Shown here piece by piece: positions 10,730-21,264 of a stretch of DNA of 64,000 nucleotides. Under the pieces are notes generated by a model. That model did not search any database and was not told where the DNA came from. It saw nothing but the letters and a program-made list of their open reading frames with translations. Positions within the stretch are counted from its first letter, which is position 1; each line of letters begins with the position of its first letter. The DNA is from Candidatus Cloacimonadales bacterium. Its GTDB lineage: Bacteria; Cloacimonadota; Cloacimonadia; Cloacimonadales; JAFGVF01. The translations under genes and the position numbers were made by a program. The stretch lies in contig OY759729.1 in assembly GCA_963662585.1 (NCBI GenBank), positions 2,592,001 to 2,656,000 of the forward strand, written 5' to 3'.

Positions 10730-11149
10730 ATGATTGTTAAGACATTATGGAAGGATAATATGCAATTTGATTCCGAAATCAACGGACATCATATTATCCT
10801 CGATGCTAATGCTGAAGTTGGTGGTCAAGATAAAGGTCCAAGACCTAAAGGTTTAATGTTAACAGCTCTTACTGGTTGTACTGGTATGGATGTGGTCTCT
10901 ATCTTGAAAAAGATGAAAGTTAAAGATTATAAATTCTGGGTAGAAGCTGATGCTGATCAAACAGATGAACATCCAAAATATTATAGCAAGATATATTTAA
11001 CCTACAACTTCGAAGGTGAAGATTTACCTGTAGAGAAAATCAAAAAAGCTGTAGATTTATCAGAAGAAAGATATTGCGGTGTCTCTTTTATGCTTAAGAA
11101 AGCTGCTGAATTTGAAACAAAAATAATTGTAAATGGTGAGGAAATATGA
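10730..11149 (+). CDS. OsmC/Ohr family protein
   Basis: GPRPK..L..L.GCTGMD and YCGV cysteine pair. Confidence 0.9.
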   Translation: MIVKTLWKDNMQFDSEINGHHIILDANAEVGGQDKGPRPKGLMLTALTGCTGMDVVSILKKMKVKDYKFWVEADADQTDEHPKYYSKIYLTYNFEGEDLPVEKIKKAVDLSEERYCGVSFMLKKAAEFETKIIVNGEEI

Positions 11150-11625
11150 GAAAATCAATAGTTATTTTGACTGTGCTATTCCTATTGCTTTCTGTTATTG
11201 GCTGTGCACAGGAAAAAGCAAAAGTTGCTGAAGCTTCCAATCAAGTAGAATGGATTGAAGATTATGACTTAGCACTTGAAACTGCTAAAGCTGAAAATAA
11301 AACTATATTAATAAACTTTACTGGTTCAGATTGGTGTAAGTGGTGTATAAAATTAGTTGATGAAGTGTTTTCTCATCAAGAATTTGCTGATTATGCTAAA
11401 GCAAATTTAGTAATGTTAAAAATTGATTTTCCAACTACTTTCAAACAACTTCCTAAAGAAGAACAAACTAAAAGAATGGAACTTCAACAAAAATATGGAG
11501 TGCAAGGTTATCCTACTATCTTGTTAACTAACTCAAATGGCGATGTTCTAGGCCAAACTGGATACCAACCAGGAGGCCCTGTTAAATATATTGAACATCT
11601 CAAAGCGATGATTGAAAGAAAATAA
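11146..11625 (+). CDS. Thioredoxin-fold lipoprotein
   Basis: Lipobox VIGC, FTGSDWCKWC, GYPT. Confidence 0.85.
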   Translation: MRKSIVILTVLFLLLSVIGCAQEKAKVAEASNQVEWIEDYDLALETAKAENKTILINFTGSDWCKWCIKLVDEVFSHQEFADYAKANLVMLKIDFPTTFKQLPKEEQTKRMELQQKYGVQGYPTILLTNSNGDVLGQTGYQPGGPVKYIEHLKAMIERK

Positions 11626-11641
11626 ATAAATATAATATTCT

Positions 11642-11668
11642 AAAAGTCCTTCAATTGAAGGACTTTTT
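11642..11668 (+). terminator. Intrinsic terminator
   Basis: AAAAGTCCTTC-AATT-GAAGGACTTTT. Confidence 0.8.
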
Positions 11669-11737
11669 CTTTTATCTAATTCATAGTAAAGGCATCTAAT
11701 AAAGGTAATTATTGATTAATGTTAATGAGTTTTTTTT

Positions 11738-11959
11738 GCACTCTTTCAAGAAAAGTGGGTCTTAGAAAAAAGGAATATGGCAAGGGATTTCGGACGAAAG
11801 AAAGTTGTCGGAAGTCGCTACTCCGTGAGCAACTCCCGTCATAAATAGTTGGAGACCGGAGTTCCTCAGCCGTAGGCAAGGGACTTCGGACGAAAGACCT
11901 TGAGCAGCAGTTGGAGACCGGAGTTCCTCAGCCGTAGGCAAGGGACTTCGGGCGAAAGA
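11738..11959. repeat. Leader plus short array of the ~60-bp GC-rich repeat (inverted relative to the 22.5-kb array)
   Basis: Leader GCACTCTTTCAAGAAAAGTGGGTCTTAG, a partial unit at 11781, a different hairpin at 11808-11838, then two full units GTTGGAGACCGGAGTTCCTCAGCCGTAGGCAAGGGACTTCGGRCGAAAGA. Confidence 0.9.
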
Positions 11960-12474
11960 CAGATTCACTGCTATTCCCTTGTTCGTCCCCTGCTACTTCA
12001 CATTTAATTCAAAGAAAATTCGAAAAATATTGTAGTTGAGTGAGAAAGACCAAGGGAAGAGGATAAAGTAATAACTTGATTATACTCTTAAGTCCCCTCT
12101 AAATTTCTAGAGAAATGTCAGACACTTGTTAAAACCCTAATTTTTAAGATTAAGTGGAAAAGATAAATAATTATCCTAGTTTGATATTTTAAGTAGAGTT
12201 GCTAGGTCTTTATCCAAACTCTAGCCCTATCATGTATATACTTATAATCCCTTAAATATCTTCTAATTATATATATTGTTTTAGTAGTTAAATGTTGGAT
12301 TCAAAGGAGATTCAATCTTTTATATATCAGTATTTCAGTGTTTTATGTTAAACTATCTGCAACTAAATAAAAGGCAATATAGATCAATAAAGACAAATTT
12401 ATTAACATCTTGGATAAATCATTTGACAATAAATAATCTTCTTACAATCTTGTAAAAAAAACATAGGATAAGGT

Positions 12475-13413
12475 ATGAAAAAGAATAAGCTAGGCCCCTA
12501 TTTATATATTTTACCTGCAATGATCATAATTATTGCTTTTAGGTTTGTCCCGATATTGTTGTCGTTCGTAATAAGTTTTTTTGATTGGAAGCTTACCGGA
12601 GTTGATAAATTTGTTGGTTTTGCCAATTACGCAAAGTTATTTAGTGATCCTGAATTTCTTCAGTCAATGACTAATACTATTTGGTTTGTAGTCATGGTGG
12701 TACCAGCCACGGTGATTCTATCACTCCTGTTTGCAGTATTACTGAATAATGTTAAATGGCTACGGGGATTTTTCCGAACCGCCTATTTTTTACCCTATGT
12801 TACATCAATGGTTGCTGTTTCTATTGTCTGGAAGATTATCTTTCAACAAAGAAGTGGCTTATTAAATTATTTCTTAGAGGGAATTGGCTTAGAACCTCTA
12901 AAATGGTTAAATGAACCAACTGGAATCTTCACTATGATTTTTCATAATTTTGGGATAAATCTCCCTAGTTGGATGGGTGGACCTTCTTTAGCCCTTTTCT
13001 CTATAATGATAGTAACAGTATGGAAGAGTATAGGATATAATACTATTATATATCTTGCTGGTCTCCAAAATATAGCCAAAGAGTATTACGAAGCATCTTC
13101 AATTGATGGTGCTAGTAAGCCAAGACAATTCTTTGGGATTACCTTACCTTTAGTTTCACCAACTACTTATTATGTTTTAATGATGACTACTATTGTTACT
13201 TTCCAATCATTTTCGCAGATTTATTTAATGACAGGTACTCCTGCTGGGGGACCTCAAGGAACCACTTCTCTTATTGTTTATTACATTTTTGAAGCAGGTT
13301 TTATAGATTTAAACTTCAGTTATGCTAATGCAATAGCCCTAGTATTATTTGTTGTGATTCTACTTTTAACGCTGATCCAAAAACGCTTAGAAAAGCATGT
13401 TACATACGAATAG
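12475..13413 (+). CDS. Carbohydrate ABC transporter permease (UgpA/MalF-like)
   Basis: EAA loop YLAGLQNIAKEYYEASSIDGAS; multiple TM helices. Confidence 0.9.
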   Translation: MKKNKLGPYLYILPAMIIIIAFRFVPILLSFVISFFDWKLTGVDKFVGFANYAKLFSDPEFLQSMTNTIWFVVMVVPATVILSLLFAVLLNNVKWLRGFFRTAYFLPYVTSMVAVSIVWKIIFQQRSGLLNYFLEGIGLEPLKWLNEPTGIFTMIFHNFGINLPSWMGGPSLALFSIMIVTVWKSIGYNTIIYLAGLQNIAKEYYEASSIDGASKPRQFFGITLPLVSPTTYYVLMMTTIVTFQSFSQIYLMTGTPAGGPQGTTSLIVYYIFEAGFIDLNFSYANAIALVLFVVILLLTLIQKRLEKHVTYE

Positions 13414-13425
13414 GGGAGAAGAGCA

Positions 13426-14523
13426 ATGAAAAATACACCTTTTAATGTTTTGATTTATACTTTACTGATTACTTTAGGTTTTGTGATGGTTGTTCCTTTT
13501 TTATGGATGATTAATACAGCCTTGAAAGATCAAGTAGAAATTAATGATGGGAATATTGGTTTTAACTGGAAAAATAAATTTACCTATATTAAAGAAGATG
13601 GTAAAAAACTTGGAATTAGCAGAGCATTGGAAATTGGGGATTCTGTACTGGTAAGTACTTATTCAATTGATGGAAAATTAATTCAGCACCCCAAAAATCT
13701 GAATAAAGAGATTTCTTACGATTTAGATTATAAATATAGATTGGATGATGGAAGAATAGAAAATAGGACTAAGAGAATTGTCTTATCTGATGAAGCAAAA
13801 TTAGAGTATATCATGGTTCATAAGGATGATATTGTGGAAGGAAGTTATATAAAACCTTTCTTTGGTAATTTTCTTCGAGCTTGGAATAAAGTTCCTTTTG
13901 GACTTTATATAAAGAATACTCTTTTTGTAGCTTTTACGACCTTGATAGGTGTGTTATTTACCTCAGCTTTAGCTGCTTATGCCTTTGCTAGAATGAACTT
14001 CTTTGGTAAAGATTTTCTCTTCTATTTATTAATTAGTATGATGATGGTCCCTCAACCAATTTATCTAATTCCATCTTATATCGTATTAAGCCAGCTAGGT
14101 TTAGTCGATACATATTTTGCTTTAATTGTACCTTGGGTGGCCAACATATTTACTATTTTCCTCTTCAGGCAACAATTTAAAACAATTCCTCAAGAATTAT
14201 TTGATGCTGCTGCAATAGATGGCTGTAGTATGTTTGGAACTTTATGGAGAATAGTATTACCACTCTCTAAACCTGTGATTGCAACTGCCTCAATATTCTC
14301 TATTATTGGTAGCTGGAACAGTTTTATGTGGCCTCTTATAATGACAGATAGTAAGCATTTAAGAGTTCTTCAAGTAGGTCTTAGCTACTTTAGTCAAGAT
14401 TCAGGAACAGAAACAGCTCTATTAATGGCTGCTTCTACTTTTAGTATTTTACCTTTAGTATTCCTGTTCTTCCTTGCCCAAAAACAAATTATTGCTAGTA
14501 CTGCTAAATCAGGTCTAAAATAG
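13426..14523 (+). CDS. Carbohydrate ABC transporter permease (UgpE/MalG-like) with a large soluble insertion
   Basis: IPQELFDAAAIDGC, WNSFMWPL; about 100 extra hydrophilic residues after TM1. Confidence 0.9.
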   Translation: MKNTPFNVLIYTLLITLGFVMVVPFLWMINTALKDQVEINDGNIGFNWKNKFTYIKEDGKKLGISRALEIGDSVLVSTYSIDGKLIQHPKNLNKEISYDLDYKYRLDDGRIENRTKRIVLSDEAKLEYIMVHKDDIVEGSYIKPFFGNFLRAWNKVPFGLYIKNTLFVAFTTLIGVLFTSALAAYAFARMNFFGKDFLFYLLISMMMVPQPIYLIPSYIVLSQLGLVDTYFALIVPWVANIFTIFLFRQQFKTIPQELFDAAAIDGCSMFGTLWRIVLPLSKPVIATASIFSIIGSWNSFMWPLIMTDSKHLRVLQVGLSYFSQDSGTETALLMAASTFSILPLVFLFFLAQKQIIASTAKSGLK

Positions 14524-14543
14524 AAATTCGGAGATAACATTTT

Positions 14544-16958
14544 ATGAGTCAAAAGAACCAAGTAAGAAAAGGATTTGAAGTCCCAAAGACTATTAAATCT
14601 AAAGAAGATATCTTAAAACCGATTCAGATCATTAACCCTAAGCATAATGGTATTATTGCCTTTGTTGTCTTTGTTTTTGTGATGATTGTGTATCAAATGA
14701 CAAATTCTCCATCCCTAGCTTTTTGGGATGCAGGAGAATATGCCACAACTGCTAAACTCTTTTCAGTCTTGCATGCCCCAGGAAATCCTACTTATATAAT
14801 CTTAGGTAGATTTCTAAATATCATAGGGTTAGGTATGTCAACACCTCAAGTTACTAGTTTCCTCTCATCTTTATGGGGAGCTTTAGCGGTGATGTTTACC
14901 TATTTATATACTATTAAAATAGTTAGTATGTTTGAAAAAAGAGTCAATATTGCAGTTCCGATTGGTATAATTGCAGCTATCTTTACAGCTTTCTCTTATA
15001 CTTTCTGGACAAATAGTGTTGAGCCTGAAGTTTACTCTGGTTTAGCTTTCTTTATAAACTTTATTATCTATCTCCTCATGGTTTGGTTGCAAAAATCTGA
15101 AGATTTATCCCACCAAAATTATCTTATCTTTATAATTTATCTTTTCTTTTTAGGATTTGGAGTTCATCAAACTGTATTACAAATCGTTCCAGCAGTTTTA
15201 TTAATCGTTGTTTATCCAATAATTAAGCCATTTTTTAAAACTGATGCTTTCTTTACTAAGATAGTTTTCTGGATGATTGGCCTATTTGTTTTCTATTTTA
15301 TAGTTAACTCTTACTCCACAGCCCTTTCTCAGCCTCTTTTTGCCTTAGCAATAACACTTGTTTTAATGTATTATTTAAGAGGAAGAGTAAATTCAACTGC
15401 TTGGACTTTAGCCTTAATCGCTATTATTATTGGCTTCTCTACTCATCTTTATATTCCAATTAGAGCTTCTTTCAGACCATTTATCAATGAAGGTGACCCA
15501 CAGAACTGGGAAAGATTTATGGCCTTTTTTAGAAGAGAACAGTTTGGAGAAACCAATTTTGTTAACAGAAATGCTAACTTCTTCACTGTTCAATTTGGAA
15601 CTCACTTCCTAAGATATTTTAATTGGCAGTATTTTAACACAGAAGCTTTAAGTAAATTTATAGCTTTACCCAAAATACTTCTTGATAACATCTTTATAAC
15701 TTTGACCTACCTTTTAGGCCTTATTGGAATGTTCTTCCACTTTAAAAAGAACAAGAGCTCTTTTATTTACCTATTTTCATTCTTTATTATGGGCTCAATT
15801 GCCATGGTATTTGTAATGAATATTCCGCTAGAGACCCCGCGTCCTCGCGATTACTTCTTCGTTACAGCTTATAATATCTGGGCTTCTTTTATGGCTATAG
15901 GCTTAATTTATGGACTAAAAAGCTTATTCAAAAGTGAAAAGCTTTACCCTGTAGTTTTATTAATAGCCTTTATCTTTCCTACTTTAACTTTATTAACACA
16001 GTATCATTTCGTGGATAGATCAAAGGAATTTTACGCTGCAGAATACGGAATGAACTTTCTTAATTCTTTGGAAGAAAATGCTATAATCTTTACTAATGGA
16101 GACAACGATACTTTCCCATTATGGTATGCCCAAGCTGTTGATGACCCTTATATCCTGGCAAATCAACCTGACTCTGTTGCTGCTGCTGAAAATGTTATTT
16201 ATGATCAAGCTACTGCTGAAAGAATTGCCATGGCAATGGACTTCAAAAATCGGGAATGTTATGGAATAAGAAAGGATGTTAGTGTTGCTAATTACTCTTT
16301 AATGAATACTCCTTGGTATATTAGACAGCTAAGAGATAGAGAAGGAATAAACATCGCTCTGCATGATTCTCAAATTGAAGCTTTGGTTACACCTGAGAGA
16401 TTTAACGGTCCTAAGGATTATAAAATTTCTCTTCCTGGCTACACAAAAACTTTTACTGTACACGAGAAAGATCTAAGTTTAGGTTATTGGAGAGGACAAG
16501 ATAAGGCAGCCATGCAGATTATTAAAGATAATTTTGGTAAAAGACCAATTTACTTTGCTTCAACAGTTGGAAATCAATTCCTTGGCTTAGATGATTACTT
16601 GGAAGATCATGTTATCGTCTATAAATTAGTACCATATAAATTAACCCAAAATAACTCAATTCGATGGGATAAATATATAGACCTCCTAGAAAATGTCTTC
16701 GTTGTTGACTCCATCATGGACAACACTACTTACAAAGATGAAGTTGTTGCTCGTTTAACAGCTCCTTATATTCAACATTTTCAAAGATTAGCTCTTTATT
16801 ATGAAGCAACAGATGAACCTAAAAATGCTATTAGAAACTATGAAAAAGCCCTTAGAATCTATGAATCTATTGAAGATCATACCTTTAAAGGTGTTCATAC
16901 AATTGCTAATAGAATTAGGGTTGATCTAAAACAATTAAAACAAAAAAGTAACTTATAG
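14544..16958 (+). CDS. DUF2723 / TMEM260-like membrane glycosyltransferase
   Basis: FWDAGEY, HAPGNP, EPEVY and FTNGDNDTFPLWY motifs; C-terminal TPR-like helix. Confidence 0.85.
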   Translation: MSQKNQVRKGFEVPKTIKSKEDILKPIQIINPKHNGIIAFVVFVFVMIVYQMTNSPSLAFWDAGEYATTAKLFSVLHAPGNPTYIILGRFLNIIGLGMSTPQVTSFLSSLWGALAVMFTYLYTIKIVSMFEKRVNIAVPIGIIAAIFTAFSYTFWTNSVEPEVYSGLAFFINFIIYLLMVWLQKSEDLSHQNYLIFIIYLFFLGFGVHQTVLQIVPAVLLIVVYPIIKPFFKTDAFFTKIVFWMIGLFVFYFIVNSYSTALSQPLFALAITLVLMYYLRGRVNSTAWTLALIAIIIGFSTHLYIPIRASFRPFINEGDPQNWERFMAFFRREQFGETNFVNRNANFFTVQFGTHFLRYFNWQYFNTEALSKFIALPKILLDNIFITLTYLLGLIGMFFHFKKNKSSFIYLFSFFIMGSIAMVFVMNIPLETPRPRDYFFVTAYNIWASFMAIGLIYGLKSLFKSEKLYPVVLLIAFIFPTLTLLTQYHFVDRSKEFYAAEYGMNFLNSLEENAIIFTNGDNDTFPLWYAQAVDDPYILANQPDSVAAAENVIYDQATAERIAMAMDFKNRECYGIRKDVSVANYSLMNTPWYIRQLRDREGINIALHDSQIEALVTPERFNGPKDYKISLPGYTKTFTVHEKDLSLGYWRGQDKAAMQIIKDNFGKRPIYFASTVGNQFLGLDDYLEDHVIVYKLVPYKLTQNNSIRWDKYIDLLENVFVVDSIMDNTTYKDEVVARLTAPYIQHFQRLALYYEATDEPKNAIRNYEKALRIYESIEDHTFKGVHTIANRIRVDLKQLKQKSNL

Positions 16959-16973
16959 TAAAATAATGATTTA

Positions 16974-16989
16974 TGGAATAGAATCTGCA
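16974..16989 (+). promoter_or_regulatory. Candidate sigma54 (-24/-12) promoter
   Basis: TGGAATAGAATCTGCA, GG-N10-GC, about 30 bp before the 17021 start. Confidence 0.6.
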
Positions 16990-17020
16990 TCACTATATTG
17001 GTGAGTTTAGTGGAGGAATT

Positions 17021-17374
17021 ATGAAAAAGAAATTAATTGTTTTATTCTTATTAGTATGTACTATTGTTTTATTCGCGGGTAATAAAGGTTCTGAAAATGT
17101 TACTGATTTTAATGTAACACCTGAAGCAATAAGTGATCTTGCTGTTATTAGTTTTCATTCTAATAGTGAAGTCCACTTAACTATTGAAGTACTTAATCAA
17201 GAGGGTGTAGTTGTTACTACCATTGCTTCCAATTTCTTTAATGTAGGGGATTATTCTTTAGAATGGGATCGTACAGATTTCTCTGGTAATCTTTTACAAA
17301 ATGGTAGTTATACTATCCAAGTTAAAGAAAATAAACGCTTTGTTACTAAGAGAAAAACTTTAATACTAAAATAA
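17021..17374 (+). CDS. Small secreted protein consisting of a FlgD-Ig/T9SS-like domain only
   Basis: Signal peptide followed by ...WDRTDFSGNLLQNGSYTI...LILK. Confidence 0.7.
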   Translation: MKKKLIVLFLLVCTIVLFAGNKGSENVTDFNVTPEAISDLAVISFHSNSEVHLTIEVLNQEGVVVTTIASNFFNVGDYSLEWDRTDFSGNLLQNGSYTIQVKENKRFVTKRKTLILK

Positions 17375-17393
17375 TTTAAAACACAACTCGGTT

Positions 17394-17424
17394 AAAGTGT
17401 AGGTTCTACCTACACTTTTTTTTT
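17394..17424. terminator. Terminator between convergent genes
   Basis: AAAGTGTAGG-TTCTA-CCTACACTTT plus a T-tract. Confidence 0.75.
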
Positions 17425-17441
17425 GTCTATTTTGTAGACAC

Positions 17442-18089
17442 TTATCTTACTAACTCCAATAAACCAAAGAAGTGACAGACAGTTCCCCCCATTACGAAGA
17501 TATGCCAGATTGGATGATGGTAAGGTAATTTTCTCCAAGCATAGAAGACTACTCCGATTGTGTAGGAAGCTGCTCCAATAGCCAACCAGAGAAATAGAGA
17601 CATAGGGAGTATTTTCATCATCCAATATAAAAATCCAAGAAAGAGCCAGCCCATTGCTAAATAAATAGAATTAGTTACATGACTTGACTTTCCTTTGGTT
17701 AAACACTGCATGATGATTCCTAAGATTGTTAAAGTCCAGATAATACCAAAAATGGTCCAACCTAGAGCATTTCTCATAGCGAAAGTTATCGGAGTGTATG
17801 TCCCAGCTATAAGAAGATAAATGGCTGATTGGTCAAATATTGAAAAGATAGATTTTGCTTTTTTATGAGTAATACTGTGAAATAGGGTAGATGAGAGATA
17901 AAGAGAGATAGAGCCAAAGCCATAAAGAGCATAGCCTACAACCATTATAGCTTGGTTTACCAAAACAGCCTTAGCAATAAGAATAGCCATTCCTGCTATT
18001 GCTAGAAATAGTCCAATTCCATGCACAATACTAGAAAATATCTCTTCTCCTAAAGATTGATGTCCCGAGATGGGATTTTCATCATACAT
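17442..18089 (-). CDS. Hemolysin III / PAQR (TrhA-like) membrane protein
   Basis: EE..S..HG, SSTLFH, DQSAIYLLIAGTYTP, HPIWHIFV. Confidence 0.9.
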   Translation of the reverse strand: MYDENPISGHQSLGEEIFSSIVHGIGLFLAIAGMAILIAKAVLVNQAIMVVGYALYGFGSISLYLSSTLFHSITHKKAKSIFSIFDQSAIYLLIAGTYTPITFAMRNALGWTIFGIIWTLTILGIIMQCLTKGKSSHVTNSIYLAMGWLFLGFLYWMMKILPMSLFLWLAIGAASYTIGVVFYAWRKLPYHHPIWHIFVMGGTVCHFFGLLELVR

Positions 18090-18136
18090 AATAATGCCTC
18101 CATATCATTTTTATTAGTGAGTAGTTACTTTTTGTT

Positions 18137-20551
18137 TTATATTTTAGATTTATTTAGATATTCAATAACCAAAGTTCTTACTAAGAAAGATGGATCTTTT
18201 TTCATCTTATCTATTTCTGTTTTAGCTAATTCAGAGTCAATAGTTTTAAGAGCATTGGCTACACTAAATCTAACCTTTTCATTCGGAGATGAAATATATC
18301 TAGATATGAGTGGGATATATTCATCCTTTTTGAAGTTGGCAAAAGCTGAAATACAAGAAAGAATATATTTTTCAGACTCATAGAAATTCTCTATAGGTGG
18401 TAAAAATTGTTCCAGCTTCAATGAGGCAACTAAGGAAATTGCATTCTTATTAGCTAAGCTATCCTCAGAAACTAAAGGATCAATTAACTGAAATTGGGAA
18501 TTACTACTATTTTCAAAGAACTCTTTAATTGCTCTATATTCCTTGGTATCCTGGGTATTTATTTTATTAGATATAATATATTCTACTGTCTCGGTTTCTC
18601 GGTTAAGAAGGATTTCTCGGGCTCTGCGTACTCTATTAACAACATTTCCTACTTCCCATTCCGAAGCATATAGAAATATTTCTTCTATGGATGCTAAAGA
18701 GTCTATATCTGCTGATAATTGTTCTACTGCAGAACTCTTTTCACTCTCTTGCGAAAGGGGCTTCAAGTCTCTTCCTATGCCATAAAGACCTTGTTCCCAG
18801 TCTAAACTATCCTGCATGCTTTGATGAGGATAAAAATCTTGGCCTGCTCCATCGATGAAGAGTCCTATAGACCCAGAAGATCTAGCTTTTTTCCCATATC
18901 CATAGTTGCTATTTGTGCCATTTTCATAACGATCATTACCAGACTTGTCTAAGAAGATACCAACAGAATTTGTTAAGCCTAAACCATTACCTCCTTCTAT
19001 TGAATAGTGGTCGTTACCAGCTCCATCTATCAAGAAACCTACTCCGAAATCATGACCTGCACCCTGTCCAGGCCCATGTTTCGAGTAATAACTATCTTCT
19101 CCTGCTTCATCATAAAGAAATCCCCCAGCCAAATGAATGCCTGAACCTTGAGGGTAATAAACAGCATTATAGAAGTCGTTGCCAGCATTATCCAGTAATA
19201 GACCTAAGCCATACCAGTAACCAACACCTTGAGCATAGACTCCACCTAAATACCTATCATTTCCTGCTTTATCAATCAATATTCCTATTCCACCACCAAA
19301 ATTAGGTCTCATACCAAATCCCATTCCTTGTCCCATACTTCTATAATCATTCGGGGAAAGAGGGGCATGAAATTCACTATTCCCACAGATGTAAGTATCT
19401 GTGCCGTCTTTATCTAAGAGAAGAGATATTCCCCAAGTGGATGCAAAACCTTGACCATACTGCCCTGTAACAAAGATGTCGTTACCTGCTTCATCAATCA
19501 TTATAGATGAAGCCAGAAGGGAAGCTGCTAGCGAGAAGGATTGAGTATTATAGTAATCATTGCCAGCAAAATCAATAAATTCTTGGAAGCCTAATTTAGC
19601 TGAGAAAGCCTCATCTTGGGCAGAATAGTTGTCATTACCACTTAAATCATAAGCATAAGAGAAGCCAAATTCAGCAGAGAAGAGGGAAGTCTCGGAACGA
19701 TATTGGTCATCTCCAGATGCATCAAAAAGAAAGAATGATTCTTGATTATTAGTTATAAAAGAGTAGCTGTCATTACCAGCAGGTTCAATTATAGCTATGG
19801 TATTGTCTAGAACATGAGAATCATCATAAATGCTTCCAATGATAATTTCACCATATTCAGTAGGGTAAATAATATTCTCTTCTTGCCATAAAAATTTATC
19901 TAAGTTCTTATAAATAAAGTCATAAAAGGATTTAATAACTAACTTATGCTTAAGATATTCTTTATTTTCAATAATAACAGGCTGATAGAATATATACCAG
20001 TTAACTCTTTTTACAATATCTTCAAATTCTAAACTTGTTAATTTAATCTCATCATTTTCTTCGGAAGAATTTTGATTAAATGCTGAAGAAGAGAATGATT
20101 TTAAAATCTCAATCTCTTCAGCGCTAAGTTGAGCAAAAACATGATTAAAATGTACTTTTCTAATAGAAATATATGTTTCAATAATATCAATCAACTCTTC
20201 CATTTCTAGACTAGTTTCCAGAAGCTCATTGATGGTTTCAGGATAATTTAATTCAATATCGTTATTATTCAAAAACTTATAAGCAAGTTTATCAAAATCT
20301 TCTCTATTATTGATATTATTAATCTTTTCAGCATAATCTAAGAAGTAAAAGGGGTTATTGATTGAATTAACTATTACCTGATTTTTTAAATAAGTTTCAT
20401 CTGACCAATCTTTTAGGAACATCAAATCTTGAGTTGATAAGTCAATCTTCTCTAAGGTCTCTTGAACTAATAATGAATCTTGACTAGTAATTATTTCTCC
20501 ATGGGAGAGAGAGAGAAAGACCAATAAGCTAATTAATAAGGTATATTTCAT
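18137..20551 (-). CDS. Secreted protein with many hhDxxGNDxY Gly-rich repeats and C-terminal HEAT repeats
   Basis: Signal peptide; about 12 D..G.D.Y motifs interleaved with GQG.G; helical C-terminus. Confidence 0.75.
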   Translation of the reverse strand: MKYTLLISLLVFLSLSHGEIITSQDSLLVQETLEKIDLSTQDLMFLKDWSDETYLKNQVIVNSINNPFYFLDYAEKINNINNREDFDKLAYKFLNNNDIELNYPETINELLETSLEMEELIDIIETYISIRKVHFNHVFAQLSAEEIEILKSFSSSAFNQNSSEENDEIKLTSLEFEDIVKRVNWYIFYQPVIIENKEYLKHKLVIKSFYDFIYKNLDKFLWQEENIIYPTEYGEIIIGSIYDDSHVLDNTIAIIEPAGNDSYSFITNNQESFFLFDASGDDQYRSETSLFSAEFGFSYAYDLSGNDNYSAQDEAFSAKLGFQEFIDFAGNDYYNTQSFSLAASLLASSIMIDEAGNDIFVTGQYGQGFASTWGISLLLDKDGTDTYICGNSEFHAPLSPNDYRSMGQGMGFGMRPNFGGGIGILIDKAGNDRYLGGVYAQGVGYWYGLGLLLDNAGNDFYNAVYYPQGSGIHLAGGFLYDEAGEDSYYSKHGPGQGAGHDFGVGFLIDGAGNDHYSIEGGNGLGLTNSVGIFLDKSGNDRYENGTNSNYGYGKKARSSGSIGLFIDGAGQDFYPHQSMQDSLDWEQGLYGIGRDLKPLSQESEKSSAVEQLSADIDSLASIEEIFLYASEWEVGNVVNRVRRAREILLNRETETVEYIISNKINTQDTKEYRAIKEFFENSSNSQFQLIDPLVSEDSLANKNAISLVASLKLEQFLPPIENFYESEKYILSCISAFANFKKDEYIPLISRYISSPNEKVRFSVANALKTIDSELAKTEIDKMKKDPSFLVRTLVIEYLNKSKI

Positions 20552-20678
20552 TACTTCTCCTAATGTTAATGCTCACAACGAGTAAGTAATATCAGATTTA
20601 TAAATAATTGAAAAGTCGTCAAGAAAAGATATTGACTTTTTTAACCAGTTATTTAACGAATAATTTTAATGTAAGAAG

Positions 20679-20706
20679 TGTAACCAAAATAAGAAAGCTC
20701 GTTATA
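20679..20706 (+). promoter_or_regulatory. Candidate ECF sigma autoregulatory promoter
   Basis: TGTAAC-N15-CGTTAT (AAC/CGT pattern) just upstream of the sigma gene ATG. Confidence 0.55.
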
Positions 20707-20724
20707 GAATGTGAGACACAAAAT

Positions 20725-21264
20725 ATGGAAGATAAAGAATTAGTTCTAAAAGCAAAAAAGGATATTAATGCCTTTGATGAATTGTATAAGAAGTACTTTC
20801 CTTTGATAAATAGATTTGTTTATCATAAGGTAAGTGAAGAAGAAGTGCGTCGTGATATTGTATCAAATGTCTTTTTTAAGGCCTTAAAAAATATCAATAA
20901 ATTTAAGTATCTTTATAAAGGAGCCTTCTCTGGTTGGCTTTATAGAATAGCTATTAATGAAGTTACTGACTACTATCGTAAAAATGGACGAATTAATAAT
21001 TTAGTTAAAGAAGTGAAATTAAATCAGATTAGTCCCTTAAGTGAAGATATAGAAATAAATTATGAAAATTTAAAAATTGCTTTAAAGCAGTTAAATGAAA
21101 AAGACCAAAATGTAATTATTCTCAGATATTTCGAGAAGATGAGCAACCAAGAGATTGCTGAAATTCTTGGAAAAAAAGAGGGTGCTGTAAAAGTGCAAGT
21201 TCATAGAGCTATGCAGAAATTAAAAACCATTATAATTGAATTAGAAGGAAGAAATAATGGATAA
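20725..21264 (+). CDS. ECF RNA polymerase sigma factor
   Basis: AFDELY, D..S.VF, FSGWLYRIAIN, region 4 SNQEIAEILG. The ATG at 20725 is a likelier start than 20608. Confidence 0.9.
   Translation: MEDKELVLKAKKDINAFDELYKKYFPLINRFVYHKVSEEEVRRDIVSNVFFKALKNINKFKYLYKGAFSGWLYRIAINEVTDYYRKNGRINNLVKEVKLNQISPLSEDIEINYENLKIALKQLNEKDQNVIILRYFEKMSNQEIAEILGKKEGAVKVQVHRAMQKLKTIIIELEGRNNG

Noticed and set aside
11762..11968. 68-aa minus-strand ORF
   Set aside because: It is a translation of the non-coding repeat units.
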